A stretch of DNA of 64,000 nucleotides from Sphagnum compactum (Eukaryota), in contig OZ234493.1 of assembly GCA_965153455.1 (NCBI GenBank), forward strand, positions 22,930,213 to 22,994,212, written 5' to 3'. Every line of letters begins with the position of its first letter. Position 1 is the stretch's first letter. The translations under genes were made by a program, and so were the position numbers. Shown piece by piece: positions 29,687 through 43,532 of the stretch. Under the pieces are notes generated by a model. That model worked only from the letters and a program-made list of their open reading frames with translations. It did no database searches and had not been told where the DNA came from.

Positions 29687-31678
29687 TCACAAAGGGCGAG
29701 CTTTGCCAATGCCTGATTTTGCAAGCCCTCGTAGCAACGTCTGTACTTCTGAACAAAGGCTTAGACTACCCCCACTAAGACTCTTTCCAGCAGCTTGGTC
29801 TTTGCTTTTCTCCAAGCGCATCCACGAATCCTCACTGGATGTAGAATCTGGGACACTTGCTGTAGGTCGCGGTGAGTAGGTTGTGCACCACGATCGTCCA
29901 TTTGAACCAGCCAAAGCCATAATAGCTTGTGCCTGCAATCCACATTTCCAAAACTGACATGTAGGACCGATAGATGGGAGGATTGTTTTGCAGAAAGTAA
30001 TGATGAAACTATTAGCACAAACCCAGTGAACAAGTCCCTCTTCACTCTCCACAGGATCATACATGTATGTAGCTCTCATGAGAAGGCGTATTACAAGAAG
30101 TCACCAAAGAAGCACAATGTAGGAGGATTGTGTGTGGGTGCTCACCTTCTCAGGAGGGATATCATCATACACATGTGCTTGGCCTCCATAGAATATTGTG
30201 AGCTGACGGCTTGTTGGAGATGCAACTTGGTGCCTGTCAGACAAAACACACTGCCAGATGAATCGGTTTCTGATGATGACCCTCCAACATTTCACAAGGC
30301 TGCTGCTATTCAATGCAAACAAACACTCTCCATACCCATGGCACTGCTGACAACAAACATAGCGGACTTATGGCAGTAATTACCTACCCTGATGGTAGCA
30401 TGGAGCCTCCACTGCGACTGGACGCCTTCAGTCGCTGGGGTGTCGAAGGAGGTGGTCCACTTGATCCAGTTGCAGCAGCAGCAGCAGCAGCAGGGGCAGC
30501 TGAGTCGTGGAGAAGTCCTGCACTACTGAGGAGGCCAACAAGAGATGACCTTGTTTTTAGTCCGGTACGAGAACCCTCGTCTTCAGCTACTACTTGGGGC
30601 CCAATCTGAGGACTGTTTTCCTTGGGAGGAGGAGGAGGAGGAGGTGTGGCAACTGCTGCTACAGTTTCTGTAAATGCACTTCCATGGCCTATACCTCCTT
30701 TCATGGGGAGAAGCCCTGGGCTACTACTGAAAGGTGGTTTTGAGCATTCTGTTTTCTTGCGCTGCTGCTGCTGCCGGTTGGAAACATTTAGTTTCAAGTT
30801 TTGCTGATACCAAGTAGGACTTTTTGAAGGATGTCGTGGGGGTTGCATAGAGAGATGCAAATCATTAGCAGATGGTGGACTCTCTCTATGGTCAACGACC
30901 TTCTCGTTCTTTTGCTTGTCAATCCGAGCTGTCTGTCAAAACAATGCACATATTAGAAAAAGCCCAAACTCCAGCATGCCACTCTGAAACAGAAGAGAGA
31001 TAAAAAAGAACTGAATATATCTTTAGAAGTACCAAGAATTGTAGCCTGAAAAAATGTTGGTACCATTCCACTGATTACCTTTTGACAGCGGGAACTCTCA
31101 AGAGCTTCTACTAGGCGATCCTGCAGTGACTCTCTGCCACCAGGAGACTCTCTCTTTTTCGCCAATTTGCTGCCATCCAAAGCTGGCTTGTAGAATGCAC
31201 TCTTGATCCCATGGTGCTGAAGTGCTCCTGCCTTGCTCTGCTGCCAACGCACTGGGGGGGGGGGGGGAAGAAAAATCAGCCATGCCCAGAATCAGTCTTT
31301 TGCCTCCAAAGTCAAAATAGTGAACTAGGAAATGCGCAACGCTCTGAATCACAGGACGCAAAAATAGAGGGAAATTGTTGCACCTTGTTCTGAGGAGCTA
31401 GGAAGGGCCAAGCCAAAAGGAGGGGAGACAAAGTCAGGAGAACGTCTGGTCTCTGCCGGACCCAATTTTCCACGAGAAGCTGTGGGGGTTGCAGCAGCAG
31501 AGGTTTCAGGATCAACTTCAACCTTGAGACGGGGACCACCACCACTAGAAGAAACTCTTAACACATCTGAAGATGGAAACTCTGCTGGTGGTGGTTGGGC
31601 CTCACCCATATGATGATTAAGGCCAAGGAAATCTCGAAACATGGGTTGTTGGTCTTTTTCAGCCATGAGCAGAGTCAT
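29687..31678 (-). CDS. TIFY-domain protein, TIFY8-like (no Jas motif); 5 coding exons: 31678-31384, 31251-31079, 30932-30388, 30233-30146, 29932-29687; 448 aa
   Basis: Exons join in frame (1347 nt) with GT-AG introns. Motifs are N-terminal FRDFLGL, DLHLSMQPPR, and the TIFY/ZIM domain QLTIFYGGQAHVYDDIPPEK|AQAIMALAGSNGRSW. No SLxRFLxKRKxR Jas motif occurs before the stop. Confidence 0.88.
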
Positions 31679-33762
31679 TGTGGACAGCAGCTAGGCAATG
31701 ATTTAAACAAGCTCATTGTGCATATCTTATTCATACCTGATGCACAAAGCAAGAAAAAACTGGTGAGTTGAGATGCTGGTGGGCACAATGACACACAGAA
31801 AGGACAGGGATTACTACATTGTGCGTGCTCAGAAATGTGTAGCTTCAGACAGATAGCACCAGCAACAGGTAAAAGCAGAAAGATGGGAGAAAATTTGCTC
31901 CTGAATTATGTAAGGAACCTGTTCTCTCTATCTCAAAATTTGGTTGCCATGACCATTGCTGAAGGGGTGCAACAACAACACTCCTGACCCAAAATTCTCA
32001 TCAAGCATAAGAGTCTGAGAAAGATTTAGGAACCTGAAACTCCCATCTCTTCTACTCAGATCTCAAAAGATTTGCAACACATTTGCATGATGATGTTGTT
32101 CTCCTCTCAAAGCATGAACAGAGCTGTAGCTGCTGCTTCTCATTCATCTCTGCTCAAGCTGTTTTTGACTCACTGCATTTTTCCAATGGCTGAAGTGTCT
32201 CCGAAGACCTTGCCTCTGTGCCAAACAAACCAACAAGCTTTTCAAAACATTGAGAGATATTTTCCTTCTGGAAACTTTCTTTGCAGAAACACATTACATT
32301 CCCATAACCCCCTTGCGCCACCAACCAACCATGCAACCAACAACCAAGGACCTCTCCACTTCGTCATGGATAACAACAAAAAACAAGGGAGACCTAGAGA
32401 CTTCATGCAACACAAGCTTTTTTGTGCAACAAGAATAAATGAATGTGTTCTCATCTCCAGCAACATAGAAGATACTTCTATATATCTCGAGAGAGCGCCA
32501 CACCTCAGCTTTCAATCCTCTAGTAGAAAGATCTCTCTTCCTTGACCCCAGCTTCTGAGGACCATGGAGGGCTACCACACCGGCAGATCTTCAATCCATT
32601 AAGAATCAGAAAAAAGCTGGAAACAAGTATGGAAATTCTTGTGTTGAAGCTCTAGTCGTTCAAGGGATGTATCTATCGGGCTTACTTGGATCAGGCGATG
32701 TAGTTATATAGAAGAAACCCTCGTCCACGATGGAGTCGACCCTAGAACATGTCCAACATGGACTAGTACTTGATCGCAGTTCCAGTAGTCAGATGGAAAC
32801 ACTTCCCGGTCTGCCCGCTTCTCTGGATTTCCTTCCAAGTTATCATCAGACTTCTTCGCAAAACCCGAGACGCACTTGTTTCAGAAGCTTTAGGAGGGAG
32901 GTCAAGCTACAAAGGTGCAAATCGCTAAACCTCGGATACGACACACAGGAAAGAAAACATATCACGGGGATGTTTTTTTCTCAACAAAATCAGCTTCACA
33001 AGCCTCACAACCTGCCTGAGCTTTATTTATCATAGAAGCTTTCGATAGCGGAATCACACACGCACACTCACACAAATATATAAACCAGCAAGACGCCAGA
33101 AACAAAACTTGGAGGTCACACAGATCGCAAAACAAAAGTCTGTTGGAAAAAGGTACTCGGCAAACAGAAGCTCAAAACTGCTTCAAAGACTCAAAAACTA
33201 AACAGACGAGAAGAGTCCGAGGAGGAACACACAGCTAGCAGCACAAGAAGAAGGAGGAAAAACAAAACAAAAGAATACAATACCAAACTAAACTAAACTA
33301 AACCAAAAAACAAAAAGACACGAAGACAAATCCCTTCGTTCGTTGGCCCGTAGCAAAGAACGTCCCGGTGGCAACAAAAGGAAAGGAATGGAATCGAATT
33401 GCCTGCCAAATCAACAACGCTGGTTTTCACGGCCGTGCGGGCGATTCAATTTGTTCAGTTGCGGCCGGAGAAGGAGCTGCAAAGCTGGTCGCAACTTGCA
33501 ACTGAACAAAAGGGGAACAGTGCTTCCAAAACCAACTCTTCCGATGAGCCTCAAAACAGCACCCGAAGAAAAACACGCCACCCTAATAGTGCCAAAAACA
33601 CTCACTCGCACCTAGTGAGGAAAACGCGAAGACAAACGAGCGAGGGACGCGCGAGGAGGGGAGAGGGGAGAGAGAGAGGAGAAGAAGGCAGAGGATGAGG
33701 AGGAAAAGTCGAGACGGAGATGACAACGGGCGAAGAAACACCGGCCGTCATGTCACAGGCCG

Positions 33763-33772
33763 TTATATTATA
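33763..33772 (-). promoter_or_regulatory. TATA-like element upstream of the inferred 5'-UTR exon of the TIFY gene
   Basis: The minus strand reads TATAATATAA, followed by a CT-rich leader (~33740-33613), a donor-like TAG|GTGCGAG at ~33612 and an acceptor-like CAG at ~31737. This implies a ~1.9-kb 5'-UTR intron. Inference only. Confidence 0.4.
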
Positions 33773-36700
33773 GGCTTTTGACTATTACCACATTACACAA
33801 AGCCCCATGGATGGACGAATACGTACATCCTCCACCATCCCCATTAAAATAATTTCCTGCATTTCCTCTTTTCCATTCGATTGTACACCTTTTTTTTAAT
33901 TAAAAAAAGACTAACAAAAGGCCACGCTGAGACACAAAAACCCCATAGGCATCTCCTATAAAAGAAAGGAAAACGGCCAAAAAAAAAAACCTAAAAAACT
34001 AAAAAAACCAAAGGGAAAAACCTACTGAACCAAATTAGGTTCAAATTAAGATGGTTGAGTAAGGATTGGATGAATGAAGGAGCGAAAGGATGGATGGATG
34101 GAGGCATTTTTCTGATTTTTGTATTGATTAAATACATCATTATTTCATTGGATGGGGAAGGGCTCAGGGGGGGGGGGGGGCGAGAGGGTAGAGGGGATTA
34201 TTGTTTGTATTAAGTTGTTATTATTATTATTATTATTCATTTCTCAATAGCCTACGATTAGGAAACTCCAGAGTTTCCAGACTGAAGTGGCAGATGCACA
34301 GACCCCATGTGCAACAAACATTAAGTGTGTGAAAGTTTGGCAGAAGAAGGAAGAAGGAGGGTGGGGGTGGGGGATGCGCTTACATTCATAAGAATTATTA
34401 TTACACACCACAATCCCCAAAATATAAATAATAGCAGTTGACAAATTTTCTGACCTATAATTAATTAGCTGTCCAGTTGTGTGATAAATAATTCCCAAGC
34501 TCCCAATTATGTCCTCCTCCTCCTCCCCCTCTAGGTATATATTATATATGTATTATGGAATGCACATAAGGGGTGTGAAGGACCCACCGAAAAAGGAAGA
34601 ATTTATTATTATTATTATAATTAATTAATTAATTAATTAATTAAGTAATTAATTAATTAAAAAGTTGTTGGTAGGTATTGTTGTTACCTATGCTTCACAA
34701 AGCAAGTGTGATTAAATTAATAACTTCTTGGCCGTCTTGACAACCTAGGGTTGCCTCCTAGTGGGTGGGGGTGCCATGGGTGGGTGGGTTGGTGAGAGGG
34801 GAGGGGAGGGTGGGAGGAGGAGGAGGGCCACCCTGGGGCACTCACCCACCACTACCCTTCACAGAGCCCCCTCCCTCCCCCCCACCCCTTGAAGATGTTT
34901 TGTTTCGCGAGAAGTTTCTCAATGGAAATTTCGTAACTAGTTGCTAGTATGTAAACGAATGAATTAAATGAATGACGGATCAGATACTCTTACAAAAAAA
35001 CTCCATAAATTGTGGGTCAACTTGGTAACATTAGGAAGGTCCATATGTAAGGGGTGAATTGGTCAACCTGATCTCTATTATTTTTCTATTAAAATGTGAT
35101 TTTTGTAGAAAGGTATGTAGCAAGCTGGCAAAAGGGGGTCACTTTGTCTATTTACCCCAAATTTTATCTTTTCATAAGAGGAAAGCATATGAGAATTCTC
35201 TACCCTCCCCCAGTGTTTTTTTTTGGGGGCAAATTTTTGATATTTAAAACAATAGAAATAGTTTGTCACTTTTATGAACTCAAAATCTCCCGTAACAAAA
35301 GCACCTGTGGAGTAACTAATAGAATACTAGCTTCCTTTTGGACATGGCCACAATTTAACTTTTTTTCCCTTGGTTTTCTTTGGAGACGAGGAAAGGGAAA
35401 GGTCCTAAAATCAGGTTGGGTCAAGTGGGCCACTATTTCTTCTTGTTGAACAAGTTGGCATAAGGCGGTGTGAATGTTTCCATATATTATTTTAGGTATT
35501 GCAGTTAATTTCTAATGTGAAACCTAAATTAAAGTAGGAGAGGAAAAGACCCAAAAAAAATGGAAATGAAAAAAGAAAAAGAGAGAGACCCCACAAAAAG
35601 AGTGGCAAGCCAAGTGCACACGCACTCGAACAAGAGCCCACATTGTTAAAAATAATAATTCCCGGACAAAAACAAAACAGACCCAACTCAAAAGAGAGCT
35701 TGGCTTTATTTGGAAAATATGACGGATGGCAATTCGTATTTGACTCCCTCAAGACCGAGTGAAAGCCAAGCCAATCCGGAACCACCCACTACTGCATCAA
35801 ACAAACTTAATCAAGTTGGTGACGAGTGTCAGCCTACCCTCTCCAAGTTGCCAATCCCTTCCCCTTCCTCGGCCGATACAACACGGAACATTTTTTACTT
35901 TATTGGGGATTTTATATATAATTGTACCCCTGGTTTGACCACAACTTTTACGGTCGTGACTGAGTTTCTAAGGAAGCTTCAGCAGTTCACACCTGGAAGG
36001 TGCACTCGGTTTGCAGCTTTGTTGGTGGCCGCCATCCCATGTAGTTTCCGAACACATTCTAAAACAAAAAAATTATTGTGATTTTGCGGTTCGGTTTTTT
36101 TTTTTTTTGTCATCCTTTTATGGGGGGGGGGGGGGGGGGTGGGGGCCCAAAATGAATATTGACACCATTTTTTCTAGATTCCCATATCAAGAATAGATGA
36201 ATAGCTTGATGGATGGATGGATGGATGGATGAAAAAGTTACATGCATGGGAGTGTTGTCAGTTCACAACTTGCAAGTGTGACAAGGCCCTCTCTTTAAAA
36301 ATGATTTGGATGCAATATTTAATCCAAAGTATGTATCCATCCCATGAGCTCCTTTCTTCTAATGTATTTCTCTGGTACTTATTCTGTTTCATATTAATTA
36401 GTTGGGGGTGTGGTGCCTCACAAGTTCAACTTCTTTTTTTTTTCTTGCAATGAGCCAATTTGATTGGCCCATTTCCAAAAAAAAGTTGAAACTATGGAGG
36501 CTCCCCAAAATAGAAGCTTCTATGGAAAGATAGAGTGCCTCCCCCTTTGGCCCACCTATATAGGTGAGAAGGGGAGGACTTTGGGCAAAACATCTGGGAT
36601 TAAAGTGAGGTGCAAATGGGAACACCCTTGGGGAAGACATTGGGAACTTAGGGAACATACTAGGAACCTGATGACAACCCATTAAGAACTTGAAGGGAAG

Positions 36701-37985
36701 ATGTTGGGAACAAAGGAAAAAAGAAAAATAATTCTCTCCACCCCCCCCCCCTTCCCCCCCCCCCCAAAACCCACCCACCCACCCAAAACTTAAAAGAAAA
36801 AAAATCAAGGAACTTTGGATGCATGCTGAGCCTTCTCATTGGCTGCATGAAATTTCTATTTCCAAAACTGTTCATTACCATTTTTTGCCTGGGCACTTAT
36901 TTATACTGATAGATGACCAACAAAAGAATAAATTATTATTGGGATGCAATTTAATCGAGATCGTCTATCTCGTGAGCTGAGCTTCTTCTAGTGATGACCA
37001 ACACCCCCCCTCCGCCCTCAAAAGAAAAAAGGCTATAAGTAACAAACCACTTTTTGAATGGTCTTAAGTTAATTATGCATATGTATAGGTTTCTTCAATA
37101 TTTGCTGATGTTAACAAACAAATGCCGAGGCTTTTGGGGTTGATAGGTGGGTTCTCTTTGTCGTGTAGGAAAAGCAAAAGAAAGGAAAGCGAGATTCTCT
37201 TAGCTCAGAACGCAAAAGAAATTTATCTATTGCCCACTTTACCTATTGGGCTAATTAGCCACATTTTGTCATTTTGGTGTGTTAAATAACATGGTTCTAT
37301 CATACTACAATTTGTTATAATTCCAGGATGTGGTAACATTCATTGCACATAAAAAAGTGGCGAATTGAACCCACATACAGTTCCAAACTCACCATTCAAG
37401 TCCTAGTCTTTGCTAATGGTTTGTTGTTGACACTTGGTGAGTTTATTGTGACAATTAATCTTCGTCATGACAAAATGGAAGTTCAGTGTATAATTGTGCA
37501 AAATTTGGATGCTCAAATCTCAGTTTCCCAGTACAACTGGTTTACTCTTTGTCATGACTTCTTAATTTTGTTGGATGATGGTGTTTTCTGATACAAGTAT
37601 ATTATTCCATGATCATTTGATCAATCTATCTCTTTTGATTTGCACCAAGAATTTTGTCCCCAATTCAAAACTTCTGAATTGTGGGAGCAAATATATTGAT
37701 TTAATCAATGGTTGAAATGTTATTCACTCCGTAACCCTTATATTTGTCCTCCATTAATTTACTTGTTCATTTGTGGGTGCATCCAGAATTTACATTCATG
37801 TATTGTGAAGACCATATTTGATTCACTTATCCCACCAAATTACTGTATATTTCCACACGTGAAGATGGTATTGTAATTAAAGCAATAATAAGTTCCTCTT
37901 AAGGGACGAATAGGGTAGTCTTCTCACAAGTGACCGGACATTTTATAGATCTGCAACTTGACTTGCTCTTTGTTAACACCTGCTA

Positions 37986-38344
37986 GAGCATCCCCAGCTG
38001 TTCTCAGTATGTGACCCTGCAAAATATTTCTCACCTCCAACTTTAGTTATTTACTATTTTGCAACCCCACACATGAAACTGAAATTTGAGACCGCAATAG
38101 GCGGGGGACTACTAATAGCAAACCACCTGGACCAATCATTATGATCGACCAATCAAAAACAGCAGTCAGATCATTACGTTCTCTAGCAGGTTCACAGCTG
38201 CAATGCACCTCTTACCAGGCTTAAGCATTTTGTGCAAATATGCTGGGCCAAAACCATTTTCTTGAGCCATACTGGCATGTTTTGACTTTTCTTCATCCAA
38301 TTTTAATGTGCAGGTCACACACACTGGTCACTGCTGGGATGCTC
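37986..38344. mobile_element. PIF/Harbinger (Tourist-like) MITE, copy 1 (359 bp)
   Basis: TIRs GAGCATCCCCAGC ... GCTGGGATGCTC, flanked by CTA and TTA. Confidence 0.82.
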
Positions 38345-38347
38345 TTA

Positions 38348-38670
38348 GTGCATCTCCACCAACCCTCAGTTTGTGACCCTGCAAAATTATTTCTCACGTT
38401 TTAAATTACTAACTTTTTTCCTACCCCACCCATAAAACTGGAACCGGGCCTGCAAGTAGGTACGAGACTACTAATAGCAACCCACTTGGATCAATCAAAC
38501 TATCTACCCAATCAGAAACAGGGAGGGAGCAGTCAATAAATATGATTGGACTGTCTCTGCAGTTTTTCAGGGTCCCAGCAGCCTTCCAGGGAATTCACTC
38601 CATTGGACTGATGAACCTCATCCAAGATTTCCAGTGCAGGGTCCGATACTGAGCGTTAGTGGAGATGCTC
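38348..38670. mobile_element. PIF/Harbinger (Tourist-like) MITE, copy 2 (323 bp)
   Basis: TIRs GTGCATCTCCAC ... GTGGAGATGCTC with a perfect TTA TSD (38345-38347 and 38671-38673). It shares internal motifs (TGTGACCCTGCAAAA, GACTACTAATAGCAA) with copy 1. Confidence 0.85.
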
Positions 38671-40460
38671 TTAGTTCTTATGTCTTATCCTCCCTAATCA
38701 TCTACTTCTGATGCTCAAGTGTCACCATGGTCCATGAGACTCTGTGTCCAACGAACTTTGTATTTTATTTAGCTTTTGAAATATATGACAATTGGAAGAA
38801 AAACAAAAAGAGGGGCATAACTTTATAAAATATATGACTATTGTCATTAATCAAAATTTTACCTTTGGGGAAATTGTATGATGATTTTTCATTTACAAAT
38901 TAGCTTTGGAAATGTATGCCAACTTCAATGAGCTTCCAAAAAATATGACAATTCCATCAACAATTTAGCTTTGGAAATGTTTGCCAATTTCATTTAGCTT
39001 TTGTCAATGTATGATTTATTGCATTAACAAATTTAACAGGTGGTCTAGGTATCTTGGTTTTAAGGTTTTGGCCATCACACATCTAGACCAACTTCAATCC
39101 ATAATTTCCCCTTCCTCTCCATCCCAGGGCCCTCACCCTCTTCCCTCTCTTTTTCCTTTTAAAATTACTTGTGAAAATATTAAATTCTAAAAATAAGAAC
39201 TTATTTGGATTCTAGAAGTAAGAGGCATGCAAAGGAAAACAACAACCTGACAATTTTTTCTCTTTTTTTTCCAAAAGATTTTTTAAAGTAGCAAAGAATC
39301 TCATTGTCTTGATCTCAAGCTGATCACATCATAATTTTGGAAACTTCCTAGGTTGATGAACAAGTGACATCACGGGCCGTACCCAAAAATTCCTTGAGCT
39401 TTGGTGCCATTGAACTTCCTGAGAAGCTTCAAACCAAGTGCAAAGCTTCCCAAATACTCAAGAACTTGCAAGTGGTTTTTAAGTTTTAACTTGAGTTTGT
39501 CCTTTCATCACAAATGACGAGAACTTTGCAAGTGGTTTTAAGTTGGGATTGTGTCATATTTCAACGTCACCTCATGCAACATGCAATCTCACCATCTAGA
39601 GTAGTGAGATGTTTTCGGAATTTTATTTTGTGCTAGGAATGGGTCCTCCTCCCTCACTCCTCACATGGCATTTTCAAAGTGTCCAAATGTGCACCCAGCA
39701 CTCCAATTCTACACTCAAGTTAGGCAAGAAAACACAATCTTGTGGAAACTAATAACAATGTGATAAACATACCTTCACTCATTTTGTTGCAAAGTATTGA
39801 CAAAAAACAGAAGAACATAGTTGAATTCCACTTCCTACATAGTCTTTGTTGGCCTTGCCTACCAAGGCAAGAAGGATATTGTGTTTAGATTCATTATAGA
39901 GTATAGTAGCTTAAGGGATTTTAATAGGCCCCTAGGTAATAATAATAGGTCTATTTTTATATGAGGATTTTTCAAAGATAATATTTTCGCTTGTGTTGAA
40001 AATTGAGATTAGTTATAATAGAGTTATAATATGATCTTGAAAGATTTTGGTTTCTTTTAGAGGATTTTTTGAAGATTATATTTTTTGCATGGTGAAATAT
40101 TTGAGTTTCCATAATATATTTCTTATGCCTTAAGATACTATTTAATGTAAATGGCAAGGCCACAATGTGACACACCCCTTGTTTTGGGTAGCTATAAAGT
40201 ATAAGAGAGTGGATTGTATATGGTGGATTCTGCCAGGTTATCATGCCCTCCATGAGCCTACTATGATGTGCTCACTTCGCAGAATTCAGTGTATACAGCT
40301 TGCTCTTTGGTATTTAAAGGTAGGGAACACCCTGGGAACAAGGAGACCTAGTAAGGGAACGTGGCATAATTTGCCAGCTGCATGATCAAAAGGGGGGGCT
40401 GATTCTGCAGAATTCAAGAGTCTAAAACACGACAGAATAATCCGGCTGCTGCCTTTAAAG

Positions 40461-40559
40461 TGGATGCAGCACCTGGACGTCCCAGGAGGTCACCCATCCC
40501 AGTACTATTCAGGCCCAAAGGCGCTTAACTTCAGAGTTCTGATGGGATCTGGTGTAGTA
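40461..40559 (-). pseudogene. 5S rRNA copy lacking about the first 20 nt
   Basis: The minus strand reads TACTACACCAGATCCCATCAGAACTCTGAAGTTAAGCGCCTTTGGGCCTGAATAGTACTGGGATGGGTGACCTCCTGGGACGTCCAGGTGCTGCATCCA. The internal A-box/C-box region is present, the 5' GGATGC arm is absent, and it is the only copy in the window. Confidence 0.92.
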
Positions 40560-43532
40560 TAAAGAGTGAGAAATAAAAAGAGTTCCCAATGTTGCTCTTT
40601 CTTAACCCATAGTTTTGGACAAGAAATTGGGCAGAAGAAAAAAAAGACTAAGAAAGGAAAGCAAGAATTGCCCAAAGTCAGTCAATGAGAACTACCCTAT
40701 GAGACAATTTGGTGGCAAAACTAGTAAATGGCCACCATCATTGGCATGGCAACTATGACCAACTTGAATGTATGATCAATATTATTAAATCCAGTATTTT
40801 CTCTTCAATTTCTGATTTGGCAAAAAGTGGCAAATTTATGCCCCCCAAAAAAAAAAAAACATTGGAACAAATCACACACATTTTCCAATTTTTTGTCGAA
40901 TTTTTTAATACTAAATAGCAAAAATTCACCATAACAAAATCAATAGCATTTACAATTTATATTTTGAACCACCATTGATTTTGAGGAATACATTCAAATA
41001 TCCTTGGGATATGGAGTGACACACAATGTTGTGTTGGGCTTGTTATGGAACTAGTTATGCATTATGCATGCAAAACCATCAATTACAAACCCATTATAAA
41101 CCCATAAGGAGTTTTAGGGTCTCATTTTGGACCCATTTTTTCAAGAAAAAAAAGGGTGGAATCGTGGTGGTAAGTTGATTCCAATATTTGGGATTGATAC
41201 TCATGGAGGATAATACGATATCAGTCTTGGGCAGTTATCAAAAATAAGAATAGATCCTAAAACCATGGTTCTCAAAAAATTCAATGAATTGGTTCTAATA
41301 AATAAACACAATTTCCAAAAATTGGAAAAGCAAAAATAAAACAAACAACAACTAGTTTTTTTCTCATCTTTTTCCAATAATTGAAATTGGAACAAGTTTA
41401 AACATAATCCACAAAATCAAACACTTGCCCAACAATATAAAATACAATACAAATATCAAGTATATCTAGAATGTTCATTCATGGGAATCGATAGCAAAAA
41501 CACTTCATATCATAAAGCAATTGAAGAAATATCCTAGTGTATTTGAAGGGTGCCTCATATTGATGAATATCTCTCCTATAAAAGAGGAGGGATTTCATGG
41601 CTACTCCTTTAAAATGAGAGGGTACTTACGCCTATTTAAGTTGAAATTATAAAATAATGTCTAATATCTTAGATTTTGAACTTTAATTTATTATCATTTA
41701 CTACAATTTGAGAAATTTTGTAACCCAATTTGTGTTTGTTATTTTCACAAAAAAAATTAAACCCCCTAAACTTGATTTTCATAAAAACAAGATAACAAAA
41801 AATTTCAAGATTTGTATTATTCTTGACTGCCACCAAAATAATTTTCACTTGTTTGTGCATTTTTTTCAACTTTTTTTTTTGGAGAAGGCAAACATTGGTG
41901 ATTTTTTAAATAAAAAAACACATGTTACACTTCTTTTTTGGGGGAAAAGTTTTGCTACTTGGTGAAAAAAGTAGGCAACACAAATCTTACCAAAAATAAA
42001 TAAATAAATAAATTGAAATTGCCATATTTGGACCATAAGTTCTAGAATGTCTCCAAAACATAGTAGGTTCATCCTAAATTTTTGTAATGTCCTCATTAAC
42101 CTATAACCAAAATTGGTTAAGTCCTTTTGTAGATGATTGCCAACTTGCTTCACAAAATCGAACACCATGTTTGTGTGGGTATTAAAAATGTCACCAAACC
42201 CATTATAGTTATCAATAACAAATTTTAATCTCAAAACCACTCTTTTCAAAAACTCAAATAACTGGTTTTTATTTACAAATTTATTTTTCAAAATATGCAA
42301 CTTTCCATGTAATGGTTTTGCCTTTTATTTTAAGGTCAAACAAAATCATTAGAGATGATGAAATCATGTGACATGCATAATTAATTTGTTTATCATTTGT
42401 TCAAAAAATTCAATTTTTCTTATTCGTTTTTTTCCCCTTGTTATGCATTTTTCAAATAGATTTTTTCACCAAACTTGGTCAACTAATTATTTTTCTAATG
42501 TATATACAATTACATTTGAAAAAAAAACTTTGAAAAATAACACTAACAAAAAGAAATGTAGCATTGAATAAATGATTCAAAATAGTTATCTGTAGCTTAT
42601 ATAGTACAAACCATCAAAATTTTCGAAAACAATTCATAGACTTAATTATGAGTTGCAAAAATATTTGTAACAACATTTTTAGAATAACAAACAATGTGGA
42701 AAAATGCAACAATGACTTCCTATAATTATCTACAATTGTAGGATGGGTCAACAATTGTATTGAACCTTATAATCTCTTGCATTTGATATTATTGATATTA
42801 GGTGTTACACCTTTTTGCAAAGTTTAACTTCTTAGAAACATAAGTTTAAACAACATTATTTAAGTGATTTATTACATGGGTTGAATAGGAGCATAAATAA
42901 TGTCCAAAATTCACACAAGTCACAAAATCAAATCATAGAAATGATTACATGGATACATGTTGCATGTGAATGTTATCTCAACATGCATCAAATATATGTT
43001 GCATATAAAATTGAATTAACATTAGGACATTTTTGCATTTCTATTTCTATTAAACCCATGTTAGAAACCTATATATTTAGTCAGTGTTAAAGGATGTTCA
43101 TGATGGAGTATGGGGAGGCAAATTCTTCGCATGTTTGCCATCGCTAACTTGGCCATCGTAATAATGTGTGATTATTGAAAAACTTTTTATTTTAATATTT
43201 TATCACTCTTGTTTCCATATTCTATCTACAACAAGCTTCCTTGCAAGTTATTTTGCTTCAAAAAGATAATTACAAGAAGAACTGAACACCTTGCCATCAC
43301 AATTGCCCTATTCTTTTGTCATGAGAGCCATCATAAAAACAATGATTCTTTTGCATTGATTTTAATGCCTTACATCCAAGACAATTGGTTTATAAGTTCA
43401 TCAATTCCACAATATGAGATTTGAACTTCCTTGGTTACCAATTTTAGGTATATCATGCATGCAAGAATTGTAGCACTAAAAGGATTCAAACCTATAATGA
43501 AAAAGGAACATCAGCCTCCTCTACTTGTAATG

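Noticed and set aside
32072-33698. Plus-strand ORFs of 90-157 aa upstream of the TIFY CDS
   Set aside because: No recognisable motifs. They lie antisense to the inferred 5'-UTR intron and leader.
40461-40559. Functional 5S rRNA gene
   Set aside because: The 5' ~20 nt needed for helix I are missing and the copy is solitary in the window, so it is recorded as a pseudogene.
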